A stretch of DNA of 64,000 nucleotides from an uncultured Armatimonadetes bacterium (GCA_963716175.1 OY970296.1:4384001-4448000), one strand, 5' to 3'; positions 31,277-42,960 are shown, counted from the first letter of the stretch. Program-made: numbers and translations. The notes: generated by a model from the sequence alone, not told the origin.

Positions 31277-33382
31277 ATGGCGAGACATGCGGAACCACAG
31301 AAGGACAGCTTGGGCGCTGGGGTGGCTCGTTTCGTGGAGGAGGCGCAGGGGCTGTTCGGGGGCGAGCAGCCACCGGAGTCGCTGAGCTTCGGCCGGCTGC
31401 GGCTGTTCGCCTACGAGGATCTGGATGAGGTCGCCGCGGTGGGAGCGACCCTCACCATCATCCATCCCATGCGGTTCGGGCGCGGGGAGCCGTTCCTGAT
31501 GGAGCGCGCCCAGTTCGAGGCGAGAATGCAGGAGCTCCGGGAATTCACCGGGCGCGCCCACCAGGCCGGCATCACGGTGCTGGGGTACATCAGCCAGAAT
31601 CCGTCTACCTCCCGCGAGGCGGACCCTGCTGGCTGGGTGATGTCGGAGGTGTGGCAGGACGAGGAGCGGTGGAACCGCTACGCGGACTGCTATGGGCCGC
31701 GGCCCGCGGAGCCGCCCGCTCAGTGGGTGCAGATGAGGAGCGACGGCACCTATGCCTGCGAGATCTGGGTACCGCCGAGCGCGACGCACCGGCGTTCCTA
31801 CTCGCTCTCCGGCTGCCCGCACAGCCAGGGGTTCCGGCAATACATGGCCGGCATCATGAAAATCCTGGTGGCGGCCGGCATTGACGGGATCTACCTCGAC
31901 TACTCTGAGATCGAGCATCCCTTCGCGGAGGCTTCGAAGCGGTGTTTCCGGGATTTCCTGGCCGCACGGTATAGCGCCAGGGAGCTGAAGGACCGCTTCG
32001 GCATTGCCGAGCTGGCCCAGGCGCTGCCCGCGGCAGGTGAGGCGGAGCCCCTGTGGGCCGAGTCGGCCCTATTCCGGTCAGCCAGCGAGGCCGAGTTTCA
32101 TCGCTTCCTGCGCGATGTGGCGCGGGAGGGGGACTCCGACTTCATCATGGCCGGCAACTTCTGGGGCGCCCCAGGCTTCCAGGCCTCGGCCCTCAACGGG
32201 CGAGACGTCCAGTTCGCGGGCATGGTTGACAGCTTCCTCTACAGCGAGATGGTGATGGGGACGGAGAACCCGGAGATTGGCCAGGCCAACCTGCCAGGCA
32301 CCCGCGGGGGAGTGCGCATCTCGGCCGGACCCGCCATCAGAGAGCTGAGCGCGTCCAGCCGGAACGGGGCCGCCACCAGCTACACCTACTATCCCCAGAC
32401 GCCCAACCCGATTCCGAGCGAGCAGGCGATGTTCAATGTCCATCGCCTGGCGATGGCGGACGCCCTTCTCAACCATACCGCCTTCCGCCGCATGGAACCG
32501 GGCCAGGTGGAGGCGGTCAAGCGCGCGACCAAGACCGTCTACGACCTGCTGCGCAGCATCGAGCCCAAGATCATGGGCGCCCAGATGGCCGCCAATGTCG
32601 CGGTGGTGGCATCCTTCCAGCCGTGCTACTACCAGCGGTACAGCTATCACCTCGAGGTCTCCCGGGCGCTGGCCGATGCCGGCATCGCCCACGAGATGCT
32701 GGCCCCCCGCAGCTTGTGCGCGGAGAAGCTCGCCCAATACCGGGCCGTGGTGCTGCCGAACACGGCCGTGATGGGCGACGAAGCTTACCGGGCTCTGCTC
32801 GCTTATGCCAAGGGCGGCGGCACCGCGATCGCCTTCGGGGAGGTCGGGACGCTCAACCTTCGAGGCGACCCGGGTCCGGCCGCCAAGAGCCGCGAGGCCA
32901 CGGGATTCGTGAAGGTCGAGATAGACCCACACAAGCTGGCCGCGGACGGCGCGAACATCAGCCGAGATGCCGAGTCCGCGCGCCATGCGGCCTGGGCCCG
33001 CGGGCAATGGCCCGATTCGCTATGGCCGACGATGGCGGGCGTGGTGTCCGCAGTCGAGCAAGCGGTCGGCGATGACCTCACCGCCCGGCGCCACCAACCT
33101 GACAGCGTCGAGATCAGCGCCATGCGCCGGCCCGGAAGCGATGACCTAATCGTCAATGTGGTGAGCTACGGCGTGGACATAGACGGCTCAGTGACGCCGG
33201 CCAAGGACATCCGCATCTCGGTCCATGCTCCTAAGGGGAAGAAAGTAGGCCGCGTCTCGTGGCACGCGCTGGACGGAGTGGCGGAGACGCTGCCCACCAA
33301 GCAGATGGGCGAGCGCACCGAGTTCACCATCCCGACACTGGATATCTACGGCATCGCGATCGTGGAGATGAAGACCGGCTAG
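31277..33382 (+). CDS. Putative glycoside hydrolase with GH42-like trimerisation domain
   Basis: GIDGIYLDY, FRDFLAARY, LAQYRAVVLPN...YAKGGG. Confidence 0.6.
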   Translation: MARHAEPQKDSLGAGVARFVEEAQGLFGGEQPPESLSFGRLRLFAYEDLDEVAAVGATLTIIHPMRFGRGEPFLMERAQFEARMQELREFTGRAHQAGITVLGYISQNPSTSREADPAGWVMSEVWQDEERWNRYADCYGPRPAEPPAQWVQMRSDGTYACEIWVPPSATHRRSYSLSGCPHSQGFRQYMAGIMKILVAAGIDGIYLDYSEIEHPFAEASKRCFRDFLAARYSARELKDRFGIAELAQALPAAGEAEPLWAESALFRSASEAEFHRFLRDVAREGDSDFIMAGNFWGAPGFQASALNGRDVQFAGMVDSFLYSEMVMGTENPEIGQANLPGTRGGVRISAGPAIRELSASSRNGAATSYTYYPQTPNPIPSEQAMFNVHRLAMADALLNHTAFRRMEPGQVEAVKRATKTVYDLLRSIEPKIMGAQMAANVAVVASFQPCYYQRYSYHLEVSRALADAGIAHEMLAPRSLCAEKLAQYRAVVLPNTAVMGDEAYRALLAYAKGGGTAIAFGEVGTLNLRGDPGPAAKSREATGFVKVEIDPHKLAADGANISRDAESARHAAWARGQWPDSLWPTMAGVVSAVEQAVGDDLTARRHQPDSVEISAMRRPGSDDLIVNVVSYGVDIDGSVTPAKDIRISVHAPKGKKVGRVSWHALDGVAETLPTKQMGERTEFTIPTLDIYGIAIVEMKTG

Positions 33383-33561
33383 ACCTCGCGAACACGTCCT
33401 CCGCCGCGAGCACGGGGCCCGTGACCAGATGCTGGCACGGGCCCCGCGATTAGCTGGCCCGGCACGGCCAGGGGGCAGTAACCCTCCCCGAGAACGACAG
33501 CTCTGCGCCAGGGAGGAAGGCCGCCGCGCCATGACGAAGCAGAGCCGAGCGGGGACAGCAG

Positions 33562-35553
33562 ATGCAAGACCAGGCGACAGCGAAGGGCGAGTCACAGCCG
33601 GGGCGCGTCGCCTTCATCACCCCGCGTGCGGTGCTGGTGGGCGCGCTCAGCGCGGCCTTCCTTGCCGTGGTGAACCCCTATCTCGCCTTCGTCCGGCGCA
33701 CCTGGGACGTGGGCTCGGGCTCGCTGCTCAGCGGTCCCGTGCTGGTCCTGTTTGCCCTCGTGGTGATCAATGGCCTGGTGATGCGCCTGCTGCCGCGGCG
33801 CGCTTTCACCCGCGCCGAAGTGCTCACCGTCTACGGGATGCTGATGCTCTCCCTGGGGCTGACCATGCAGGGCGGGCTGCCCTACATCGTTTCTGCCACC
33901 ACCTACCCCTTCTACATGGCGAGGCCGGAGAACGGCTGGGAGCATATGATGCTGCCCTACGTGCCGCTGTGGCTGCGCCTCGCCAACCCCGAGGTGGTGC
34001 CCTGGTTCTGGGAGGGGTCACCCCAGGGGTACGGCGTGCCCTGGCACGACTGGCTGGCCCCCATGCTCGCCTGGGGCGGGTTCACGGTGGCCCTCATGGC
34101 CGCCATGTTCTGCCTGGGAGCCCTGCTGCAGAAGGACTGGATCGAAAGACAGCGCCTGGCCTTTCCCCTGGTGGATGTCCCGCTGGCGATTGCGGGCGAG
34201 CGCTCCCGCCCGACTCTCCGCGCCAGCGCCCTCACCAGCCGCATCTTCTGGATCGGCTTTGCTATCCCGGCGGCCATCGCCGCGCTCTCCTGGTTCCACC
34301 GGCTCTTCCCCGCCCTGCCGACTTTCGATCTCTATGACATCCGGGTAGGTCGCTACTTCGCGGGCATGGGGCTTCCCTGGCGAGTGCTCGGCGATATGAG
34401 CGTCTCCATCATCTTCCCGGTCATCGGCATCACCTGTCTGCTGCCCGGTGAGGTGTCACTGAGTCTGTGGGCTTTCTACATCTTCTACCGGCTCCAGTTG
34501 CTGGTATGGGCGAGCTTCGGCGTGGCCGAGGAGGGAGCCACCGCGGCAGTCGGCATCAACCCCCGGCTCTTCGTGGGCTTTCAAGAGGCCGGTGGCTTCA
34601 TCGCCCTCAGCGCGGTCATTCTCTACCAGTCGCGGGCCGCGATCCGCGCTGCCTGGTGGAGCCTCTTCCGGCGCGCCCGCGTGGAGCCGGACCCCTACGC
34701 GCCCCTCAGCGGCCGCGCGGCGCTGCTGGGTTTCGTTCTCGCCAATGGGGCCATGCTCTGGTGGGCGCTGCAGGCCGGTATGTCATGGTGGGCCTTCGCC
34801 GGCCTCCTCGGCGTCTTCTATGCGGTTCTGCTGGGGGCCTCGCGGTTGGTGGCCGCGGGCGGGGTGATGTTCGTTGACACCGGCTTCTTCCCCCGGCAGA
34901 TCATGCTGCGGAGCGTGGGCGCACTGCCTATCGGTTATACCTCGCTCACCTTGTACAGCTACCTCTCAGTCATCTACATGTACGATCCCATGAATCTGGC
35001 CCTGCCCCAGATGATGAACAGCTTCAAGCTGGTCCACAGCAGCGGCCTGCAGGGCCGCATTTTCACCCTGGCGGCGGCCCTGGCTGTGATCGTGGTGATC
35101 GGTTTCGGATTGGCCGCGCTGCTCCGGATGCTGCACACCTACGGCGCCACCTCGCTGGGCTTCTGGCCTTTCACCGACTACCCGGAATGGGCCTTCGGCG
35201 AGCTCGATGCCACCCTGCGCACTCCCGAGGCGCCCGACAACTGGCTCCGCCTCGCCCTCGCGCTCGGCGGCGGCTTCACCCTGCTGCTGGTCTGGCTGCA
35301 CACGCGGTTCGTGTGGTGGCCGGTGAGCCCAGTGGGCTTCCTCATCGCCAGCTCCTACGAGACCAACCGCTCGCTGTGGGTGAACGTCTTCATCGCCTGG
35401 GTCCTGAGCACTCTGGTCCGCCGCTACGGAGGGTTGCGGCTCTTCCGCACGCTCCGCCCCGTCTTCCTCGGCCTGGTCCTGGGAGACTTGCTCACGAAAG
35501 GAGCGCTGGCCATCGTCTCCTCTATCTTCGGGATCACGCAGACCATGAGCTGA
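33562..35553 (+). CDS. Large polytopic membrane protein (DUF6785/DUF6784-like putative transporter)
   Basis: ITPRAVLVG, WIERQRLAFPL, WWPVSPVGF, RYGGLRLFR..RPVFLGLVLG; many TMs. Confidence 0.7.
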   Translation: MQDQATAKGESQPGRVAFITPRAVLVGALSAAFLAVVNPYLAFVRRTWDVGSGSLLSGPVLVLFALVVINGLVMRLLPRRAFTRAEVLTVYGMLMLSLGLTMQGGLPYIVSATTYPFYMARPENGWEHMMLPYVPLWLRLANPEVVPWFWEGSPQGYGVPWHDWLAPMLAWGGFTVALMAAMFCLGALLQKDWIERQRLAFPLVDVPLAIAGERSRPTLRASALTSRIFWIGFAIPAAIAALSWFHRLFPALPTFDLYDIRVGRYFAGMGLPWRVLGDMSVSIIFPVIGITCLLPGEVSLSLWAFYIFYRLQLLVWASFGVAEEGATAAVGINPRLFVGFQEAGGFIALSAVILYQSRAAIRAAWWSLFRRARVEPDPYAPLSGRAALLGFVLANGAMLWWALQAGMSWWAFAGLLGVFYAVLLGASRLVAAGGVMFVDTGFFPRQIMLRSVGALPIGYTSLTLYSYLSVIYMYDPMNLALPQMMNSFKLVHSSGLQGRIFTLAAALAVIVVIGFGLAALLRMLHTYGATSLGFWPFTDYPEWAFGELDATLRTPEAPDNWLRLALALGGGFTLLLVWLHTRFVWWPVSPVGFLIASSYETNRSLWVNVFIAWVLSTLVRRYGGLRLFRTLRPVFLGLVLGDLLTKGALAIVSSIFGITQTMS

Positions 35554-35579
35554 CGCAGACCTGCGAGCGTCGGAGGGCG

Positions 35580-37619
35580 TCACTCCCTCTCACTTGCTCT
35601 GCCGGCCGCGCTCATCTCCAGCATCTGGAGCATGCAGTCGAGCGATTGCTCTCCCATGTACACCGTGCCCAGGGAGTTGAAGTCAGCGGGCTCACCGTAG
35701 TCGCGGCGGGCCAGCCAGGGATCGGCGATCCGCTCATGGGTGGCTCCCATCAAATCCCCTGCCACCACCTGTGTCCAGAAGATGCCCTGCAGCACTCGCT
35801 GGTAGAGCGAACGGAAGAAGCGATCACCAGTGCCCTGGTAGAGTCGCCACAGGCACTCCATCTTGCGATTCTGATAGCAGTAGATCGAGTACTGCAGGAA
35901 ATGCTGCTGCTCGGCCGAGGCCAATTGCGTCGGGTTCTCGACCCAGCTCAGCTGCTTCGGGCACCACCACAGGAAAGCCAGGTAGGCATCGGCTACCGCG
36001 CGCTCGAGGCATTCCTGGTCGCGAGTGCGCTCGTACTTGTCGAGCCAATACTCGATCACACCCCAGATGCTGGCCTCCTCCAGCTCATCGGGCGGTAGGT
36101 CGGGATGGTGCCCGGCGAAACGGAATCGCGCCTCGACATGCTCCCGCACGTACTGCTCAAGCTGCTCTGCGAGATCCCTATACCTGGCGTCGCCAGTGAT
36201 CTCTGCTATCACCTGCAGGGCGGGAAGCGCTCGGCCGGGAGTAGATGACGCGGACTTCCGTCCGGGTTCGCCGGCGCTCACAGCCGCGGCATCGGCGCTC
36301 AGATCGGTGGCGACCTTCTGCGGGAGCCCACCGTCGGGGTTGCGCTGTCGCATGGCCCAGTCAACCGCGCGCAGCGCAGCCTCGCGCCATTCCCGGCGGT
36401 CAATCCCCTCGTGGTCCCTGACTCGCTTCCAGGTCTGGAGTATGTAACGAGCCATGTAGACGTTGAGGTCCGGCTTGTAGCCGACATTCCGGCCTCGGTC
36501 ATTGCTGTCAAAGGCCCGTCTGCCGAGATCATAGGCGGTGTGCATGGCGCCGAAGTGGATGCTCGACACCTCCGCGTTCTGCGCTCCCAGCACGAAGTCC
36601 ATCTGCTCGAAGCACCGCTGCCGCCACAGCAGATCGCCAGTGATCTGGTAGAGAAGGTATTCGAAGTAAGCGCTCAACGGCTGCTCGCCCATGTAGACGA
36701 AATCGGAATCCGGGTCGCCCTCCTCCAGCTTGTACCCGATGCCCGGATTCCACAGCGTCGTCTGGCGCCGGCCGGACACGAACAGCTGCAGCGCTTGCTC
36801 GGGCTCTCGCACATACAGCGGCTCGACCGCGAACGAGTTGAGCGCGATCCACTGCTTCACCAGCGAAGTGATGGCCCCCGGGCCATCGCCCGCGTCACTG
36901 AAGACGAGCTGCAGGGGCCAGATGTAGTCAACACCCGCGCGCAAGGAACCTCCGCCCACCCGGAACTGAGCCGCAACCGCGCCATCGGTGAAGAAGAAAC
37001 CGCAAGCCGCCGTCCAAGTGGTAGGGTTCAAGTAGTCGAAGTGGGGGTCGAGCCCAAACAGGAGAGCCACCTTCAGATCGTCCCGGTAGAGCAGCGCGGC
37101 GGGAACGCCAACATAGGTCAACCAGGGTTCAGCAACAGCCCCGGAGTCTTCTGCAAATGGATAGAGGTGACACCGCCAGCTATGAGCATAGCCCGCATGG
37201 TAGGCGAGAACCACCTCCCAGCCGGATAGGTCTTTGTCTACCGCGAACCGGCATTCGACCCGGACGGCCTGGATGTCCTCCGCCAGCGAGACCGTGACGT
37301 GGAATGCGAGCATGGCGCCATCCACCTCCGCGCGCCCGCGGAAGTGAGCACTGGTGTCGGTGACGCGCTCGCCAGTGGAGGCACGAAGCCAGCGCTCTTC
37401 ACCCGTCAGGCTATTCCTGAGGGCAAGGAGACCCGGGCACGGAGAAGCTTCCACCAGGACATCATTGACCTGGATGAAGCCCAGGCCATAGCCATCTCGC
37501 GGTTCCGGGAAAACCCACTTCAGGCCCGCCTTGTTCTGGAGGACGAGCCCGTGCGCGGGAGCCTCCTCGACTTCCCCACACTGGCGGTCTGAGTGCTCGC
37601 AAGGTGGTCCGGTGGCCAT
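35580..37619 (-). CDS. Hypothetical protein, possible (alpha/alpha)-barrel glycosidase-like
   Basis: Long ORF with RBS-like GAGG; helical repeats such as YQITGD..W and QRNPDGG. Confidence 0.55.
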   Translation of the reverse strand: MATGPPCEHSDRQCGEVEEAPAHGLVLQNKAGLKWVFPEPRDGYGLGFIQVNDVLVEASPCPGLLALRNSLTGEERWLRASTGERVTDTSAHFRGRAEVDGAMLAFHVTVSLAEDIQAVRVECRFAVDKDLSGWEVVLAYHAGYAHSWRCHLYPFAEDSGAVAEPWLTYVGVPAALLYRDDLKVALLFGLDPHFDYLNPTTWTAACGFFFTDGAVAAQFRVGGGSLRAGVDYIWPLQLVFSDAGDGPGAITSLVKQWIALNSFAVEPLYVREPEQALQLFVSGRRQTTLWNPGIGYKLEEGDPDSDFVYMGEQPLSAYFEYLLYQITGDLLWRQRCFEQMDFVLGAQNAEVSSIHFGAMHTAYDLGRRAFDSNDRGRNVGYKPDLNVYMARYILQTWKRVRDHEGIDRREWREAALRAVDWAMRQRNPDGGLPQKVATDLSADAAAVSAGEPGRKSASSTPGRALPALQVIAEITGDARYRDLAEQLEQYVREHVEARFRFAGHHPDLPPDELEEASIWGVIEYWLDKYERTRDQECLERAVADAYLAFLWWCPKQLSWVENPTQLASAEQQHFLQYSIYCYQNRKMECLWRLYQGTGDRFFRSLYQRVLQGIFWTQVVAGDLMGATHERIADPWLARRDYGEPADFNSLGTVYMGEQSLDCMLQMLEMSAAGRASERE

Positions 37620-37810
37620 AGCAGCTTCCTCGTGGTCATCATGCCGAGTCCACAGACCATTCGCCCTGCAACTGCGGTAGCCTCGCGCAGCCGGCGTGTT
37701 CACGCGTGCTGTGGGTGCTCCATCTCGCGGGAGGGCGAACGAGAACGGGGGTCGGCCTGAGGCCAACCCCCGTTCATGAGATATCAGGCGCGGCGAGAGG
37801 CCGCCCCGCT

Positions 37811-38311
37811 CTACCTATACCGAAAGTCCGTGTAGTGGCTCTGGATCGGCTCGGTAGAGCTGCCGAAGGCGACGATATACCAGTCCGAGCCCAGCTTACG
37901 CATCCGATAGGACAGGTACAAGGTGTGCCGGGCGTCATCCGGATCCTTGAACACCTGGCCACCGGCATAGAAGACCTCGTTGCTGGAGATCCAGATCGGG
38001 TTGCCGAAGGTGATCTCACTGGTCTGGGTGGTAGTCATCGTGTCCGCGGTCATGGCGTAGTAGTCGTCCGTGGACGTGGTGTAGGAGTACCCGCCATTGA
38101 AGTACACCTGGACGTCGAGCTGATTCGTCAGGTGCGCAGAGAACAGCGCTGGATTGTCCTCGATCCAGGCGTGGCGGATGTCGTTGATGGCGCGCTCCGC
38201 GCCCTGAGAGTCAAGCCTGATGCCAGGCCGGTATGACACTGGCGCATACACGTATTCGTAAGGATCGTAGGGCCCCGCCCCCACACCGCGGAGCCTACCC
38301 CTGGCGGGCAT
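37811..38311 (-). CDS. Hypothetical Tyr-rich protein, possibly an N-terminally truncated fragment
   Basis: 166-aa ORF with non-shadow composition. Confidence 0.5.
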   Translation of the reverse strand: MPARGRLRGVGAGPYDPYEYVYAPVSYRPGIRLDSQGAERAINDIRHAWIEDNPALFSAHLTNQLDVQVYFNGGYSYTTSTDDYYAMTADTMTTTQTSEITFGNPIWISSNEVFYAGGQVFKDPDDARHTLYLSYRMRKLGSDWYIVAFGSSTEPIQSHYTDFRYR

Positions 38312-38405
38312 AGCTACGCCCGCCGTCCAACTCCAGGGGGGTGTTGACAGATAGGACTGTTTAAGTCATTTTGATATTGCATCCTTCTTAAGTATAGGGG
38401 ACTCC

Positions 38406-39728
38406 ATGAAGGCCCGTCTCTATGTTCTCGTCCCACTGTTGGTGTTGGTGTGCCTGATCGGCTATCGATTGGTGCAGAAGCGAATCGCGATCAACCTGCA
38501 GACCCAGCAGCGAGCGGCGCGGACGAAGGCAGCGCCGGCCGTAAGCTTCGCCGTCGCCCGCAGGCAGGACATCTCGCACACGCTCGATAGCGTCGGCTCT
38601 GTCGAAGCGCCGCTGAGCGTCAGGATCGCGGCCAAGGTCACTGGACGCATAGACTTCCTGGAAGCTCACGAGGGTGATCGGGTGACCAAGGGCCAGGTCC
38701 TGGCGCGCATTGATCCTGCTCAGGTCGAAGCTCAGGTCCGCCAGGCAAAGGCGTCCCTGGCGGAGGCGCAGTACCGCCTGGCCCAGGCGAAGATCACCCA
38801 GAACCCGACGAACGTCTCCGTCGCCACCCAGGTGCAGCAAGAGGAGGCGGCGGTCCGCAGTGCCGAGGCCAACTTGGCCAACGCCACCGCCAAGTATAAC
38901 CGGGCGAACGGGCTGTACCAGAAGGGGTTCATCGCGGCTCAGGAGGTGGATGACGCCAGGACTGCAGTCGGGGTTCAGCAGGCAGCCCTCGAGCAGGCCC
39001 GCGCGGCCCTTGATTACGCGCGGGCGAACACGGCTCAGACGCCCGCTTACGAGCAGAGCCTGGCCGCGCTCGAAGCCGCGGTGGCGGCCGAGGAGGCCGG
39101 GCTGAGGAATGCGGAATCGCTGCGCGCCGATACTGTGCTGGCGGCCCCCTTCGACGGGTTCGTGACCGGCCGCTACATGGACCCGGGAGCGGTGGTCACC
39201 GCAGGCCAGCCGATCCTCACAGTCCAGTACATGCGGCAGGTGTGGGTCACGGTGAGCATCCCTGAGGAGGCCAGCGGCCAGGTGCAGCTTGGGCAGTCGG
39301 CAGAGGTGAGCCTGGACGCGATGCCGGGAGCGAGGTTCATAGGCAAGGTCACCCAGATCAACCCGTCTGCGGACCCGCAGAGCCGCCAGTTCTCGGTTCG
39401 TGTTACCCTCGATAACCCCAGCTACGCCATCAAGCCCGGCACCTTCGCCCACGTCCTGATCGAGACCGGCAAGGTGCGCGACGCCGTGGTCGTTCCGAGA
39501 GAGGCCGTGCAGGTGGACAAGGCGGGCAGTTACGTGATGGTGATAGACGATAAGGATGTCGCCACCAGGCGGTCGGTGAGCTTGGGCGCCTCGAGTAGCG
39601 ACGTCATCGCCATCGCCAGTGGCCTGCGCCCCGGGGAGAAGGTCATCACTCTGACCGCGTTCCCTCTCAAGGACGGTCAGGCCGTAAGCGTGGGTGGCAA
39701 AGGGGGACAGCGAGGCCGCCGGCGATGA
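38406..39728 (+). CDS. RND efflux periplasmic adaptor
   Basis: AKVTGRI, EGDRVTKGQVLARID, LAAPFDG, GLRPGEKVI. Confidence 0.9.
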   Translation: MKARLYVLVPLLVLVCLIGYRLVQKRIAINLQTQQRAARTKAAPAVSFAVARRQDISHTLDSVGSVEAPLSVRIAAKVTGRIDFLEAHEGDRVTKGQVLARIDPAQVEAQVRQAKASLAEAQYRLAQAKITQNPTNVSVATQVQQEEAAVRSAEANLANATAKYNRANGLYQKGFIAAQEVDDARTAVGVQQAALEQARAALDYARANTAQTPAYEQSLAALEAAVAAEEAGLRNAESLRADTVLAAPFDGFVTGRYMDPGAVVTAGQPILTVQYMRQVWVTVSIPEEASGQVQLGQSAEVSLDAMPGARFIGKVTQINPSADPQSRQFSVRVTLDNPSYAIKPGTFAHVLIETGKVRDAVVVPREAVQVDKAGSYVMVIDDKDVATRRSVSLGASSSDVIAIASGLRPGEKVITLTAFPLKDGQAVSVGGKGGQRGRRR

Positions 39729-39826
39729 GCGAGGATTCCGGGCATGATGCTACTGCGGGACTGAAGTCACGAAGCACCGACCAGGCCCCTATCGCGCGGT
39801 CCCTGCTATTGGTCAGGTAAGCGGTC

Positions 39827-42800
39827 ATGAATATAGCGAAGTTTGCGGTGAGCCGTCCTGTCGCTGTCACCATGCAGATCGCGGCGCTGGTGCTGCTGGG
39901 CGCCATCTGCCTCACTCGCCTTCCGGTTGACCTGCTGCCGAAGGTCTCTGTGCCCACGGTCGCGGTGGTGACCTCGTGGCCCAACGTGGCGCCGGAGGAG
40001 ATGGAGGCGCAGGTGACCCGGCCCATCGAACAGGCCGTCTCGTCTGCGACCAATCTCTACCAGGTGAGTTCCAGTACCACCGAGGGCAGTTCCTCTGTCC
40101 GCATCCAGTTTCAGTGGGGCACGGACATCGGGCAGGCCGCGGTCGAAGTCATGCAGTTGGTGCAGCGCGCGACCGGCAAGTTCCCCACCGATCCGACTCT
40201 CCAGCCACCACTGGTGTTCAAGTTCGACCCGAATCAGATACCGATCCTGATCTTCGGCGTCTCCGGTGAGAAGGATCCGGTGAAGCTCAGGATGCTGCTC
40301 GACAACCAGATCTCGCCCATGGTCGAAGGCGGCCAACGGGGTGGCGTCGGCGACGGTAACTGGCGGCCAGCAGCGGGCGATGATCATTGACGTTGATCCT
40401 GATCGGCTGCGCGCTCACAACCTCACCCTCGACGATGTCATGCGGCGCATCGCCCAGGAGAACCTGAACCTGCCCGCCGGCATCGCCAAGCAAGGCAACA
40501 CCGAGTACACGATCCGCAGCCTCGGCTGGTTCACCAGCTCCGACGAGTTGGGCCAGATTCCCGTGGGCTCCTTCAACGGCCAGCCTGGTGGCACTGCGCG
40601 ACATCGCCACGGTGCGTGATGAGCACCCGGAGGTGCGGCTGCTTACTCGACTGAACGGCGAACCCTCAGCCGGTCTCACCGTCAGCAAGCAGAGCGGGGC
40701 GAACACGGTGGCCACCGCGCAGGGCGTGTTTGAGAGGATAGAACGGGTCGAAGAAGCTCTACCCGAACCTCAAGTTCGCGGTGGCCTACGATCAGTCGAA
40801 GTTCATCAGCAGCTCCGTCAGGGACGTCAAGGTGAACGCGCTGATCGGCGGCCTGCTGGCCATTCTCATCCTGCTCTTCTTCCTGCGCAACTTCCGCAGC
40901 ACCCTGGTGGTCGCGCTCTCCATCCCCACCTCCATCATCGCTACCTTCGCCCTGCTCTACCTGTGCGGGTTCACCATCAACACCATGTCGCTGGGGGGTC
41001 TGGCGCTGGCCACCGGCCTGATCGTAGATGATGCGGTGGTGGTGCTCGAGAACATCTTCCGCCACATCGAGCGCGACAGGAAGACGTCCATTGACGGAGC
41101 CATCGAGGGCACCAACGAGATCCTGTCCGCGGTGATCGCCTCCACCTGGACGGTGATGGTTGTCTTCCTGCCCCTGCTGCTGATCAAGGGGCCAGGCGGG
41201 CCAGATGTTCACCCAGTTCGCGCTGGTGGTGATCTTCTCGCTGGCCGTCTCCCTGCTCGATGCCACCACCGTCGTACCCATGCTGGCGACGCGCGTGATC
41301 CATGGAGAGGCCCACCGCGAGAGCCTGGAGAACGGGCGCAACAGCGGCCTGGTGGGCAGGGCCTTCGTGCGGTTCGGCCAGTGGTTCAACGCCCTGGACG
41401 CCGCCTACCGGCGCGCCCTGCAGTGGGCGATCCACCATCGCCCCCTGACCATCGGGGGCGCGGTGGCGATCACGGCTCTCAGCCTCTCGCTGCTGCCCCA
41501 GATCGGTACCGAGCTGATGCCGGCGACCGACAGCGGCGACTTCACGGTGAGCGTCAAGCTGCCTGTCGGCACCGCCCTCTCCAAGACGGATGAAGTCATG
41601 CAGCGGGTCGAGCAGAGCATCGCGAGCAACCCGAACGTGGCGACCGTATTTGCCACCGTTGGTTCGCGAGGTGGGATGGGTGGCGGCCAGGCGCTCACTC
41701 CCTACCAGGGCGGGGTCAGTGTCAAGCTGAAGGATGACCGGACGCAGTCCACACTGGAGGTGATCTGCGACCTCCGCCGCCAGCTCTCGGGTCTGCCGGG
41801 CGTGCAGGCCCGGCTCTTTCAGATGGACCTGGTCACTAACCTCATGACCGGTGGCAATCCGAATCTCGAGGTAGATATCTTCGGGGATGATCTCGCCACC
41901 CTCTCGGCCATCGCGCGTGACGTGATGAGCCGGGTGCGCGGCCTGCCGGGCTTCGAGAACGTGGACGTGAACTGGCAGGAGGCGATGCCCGAAATCCAGT
42001 GGCAGCGTGGACCGGCAGAAAGCGCTCCAGCTGGGCGTGAGCTTCGCCGATATCGCCAACACCCTTAACACCGCCACCAACGGCACCATCACCACCTACT
42101 ACCAGGAGAAGGGGTTCCAGTACCCCATCATCGTGCAGATGCCGGAGGCCACCCGCAAGACCGTCCCCGAGCTTCAGAACCTGGTGGTCAACCCTAGTAC
42201 CGCGGGCAGCGGTTCACATCCGATCTTGCTGGGCCAAGTCACCCAACCTGTCTACGCGATGGGCCCCAGCCAGATCACCCGCCTGGACCGGCAGCGCTAC
42301 ATCGCCGTGACGGGCACGCCGCAGGGCCGTTCCCCGGGCGAGATCCAGGCCGACCTGCAGAGGATCATGGCCGACGTGAAGCTGCCCTCCGGCTTCTACT
42401 GGGACTGGGGCACTGACCAGAGGCGCAGGGCGGAGGAGTTCAGCGGCATGTGGCTGGCCGTGGTGCTGGCGATCTGCCTGATCTACATGCTGCTGGCGGC
42501 GCAGTTCGAGTCCTTCGTGCATCCGCTGGTGATCCTGATGTCCGTGCCGCTGTCGGTAACCGGGGTGATGCTCGCGCTATTCCTCACGGGACGCTCCTTC
42601 GGACTGACCGCCTTCATCGGGCTACTCATGCTGGTGGGCATCGTAGTCAAGAACGGCATTCTGCTGGTGGACTATACCAATGTGCTGCGCAGGCGCGGCC
42701 TGGCGCGAGAGGAGGCGGTGCTGACCGCGGGCCCGACCCGGCTGCGCCCGATCCTGATGACGGCGTCGGCCGCCATCCTGGGCATGCTGCCGCTGGCGAT

Positions 42801-42960
42801 GGCGCTGGGCAAGGGATCGGAAGTGCAGGCGCCGATGGCCACCGCGGTGATCGGCGGACTGGCCACCTCCACGCTGTTGACGCTGCTCGTGGTGCCCACC
42901 GTCTACACGGTGTTCGATGACATCGCGGTACGACTGCGCAGAAAGGGCGGCGAGGGATGA
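39827..42960 (+). CDS. AcrB/AcrD/AcrF RND transporter split by five +1 frameshifts
   Basis: Six consecutive ORF pieces, each shifted +1; GLIVDDAVVVLENI, GIVVKNGILL, RLRPILMT; removing 5 nt gives 1043 codons. Confidence 0.85.

Noticed and set aside
37743-37775. Hairpin with the same GCC-TGA-GGC apex as 9623-9655
   Set aside because: Stems differ and there are only two copies; likely ordinary terminator-like hairpins.
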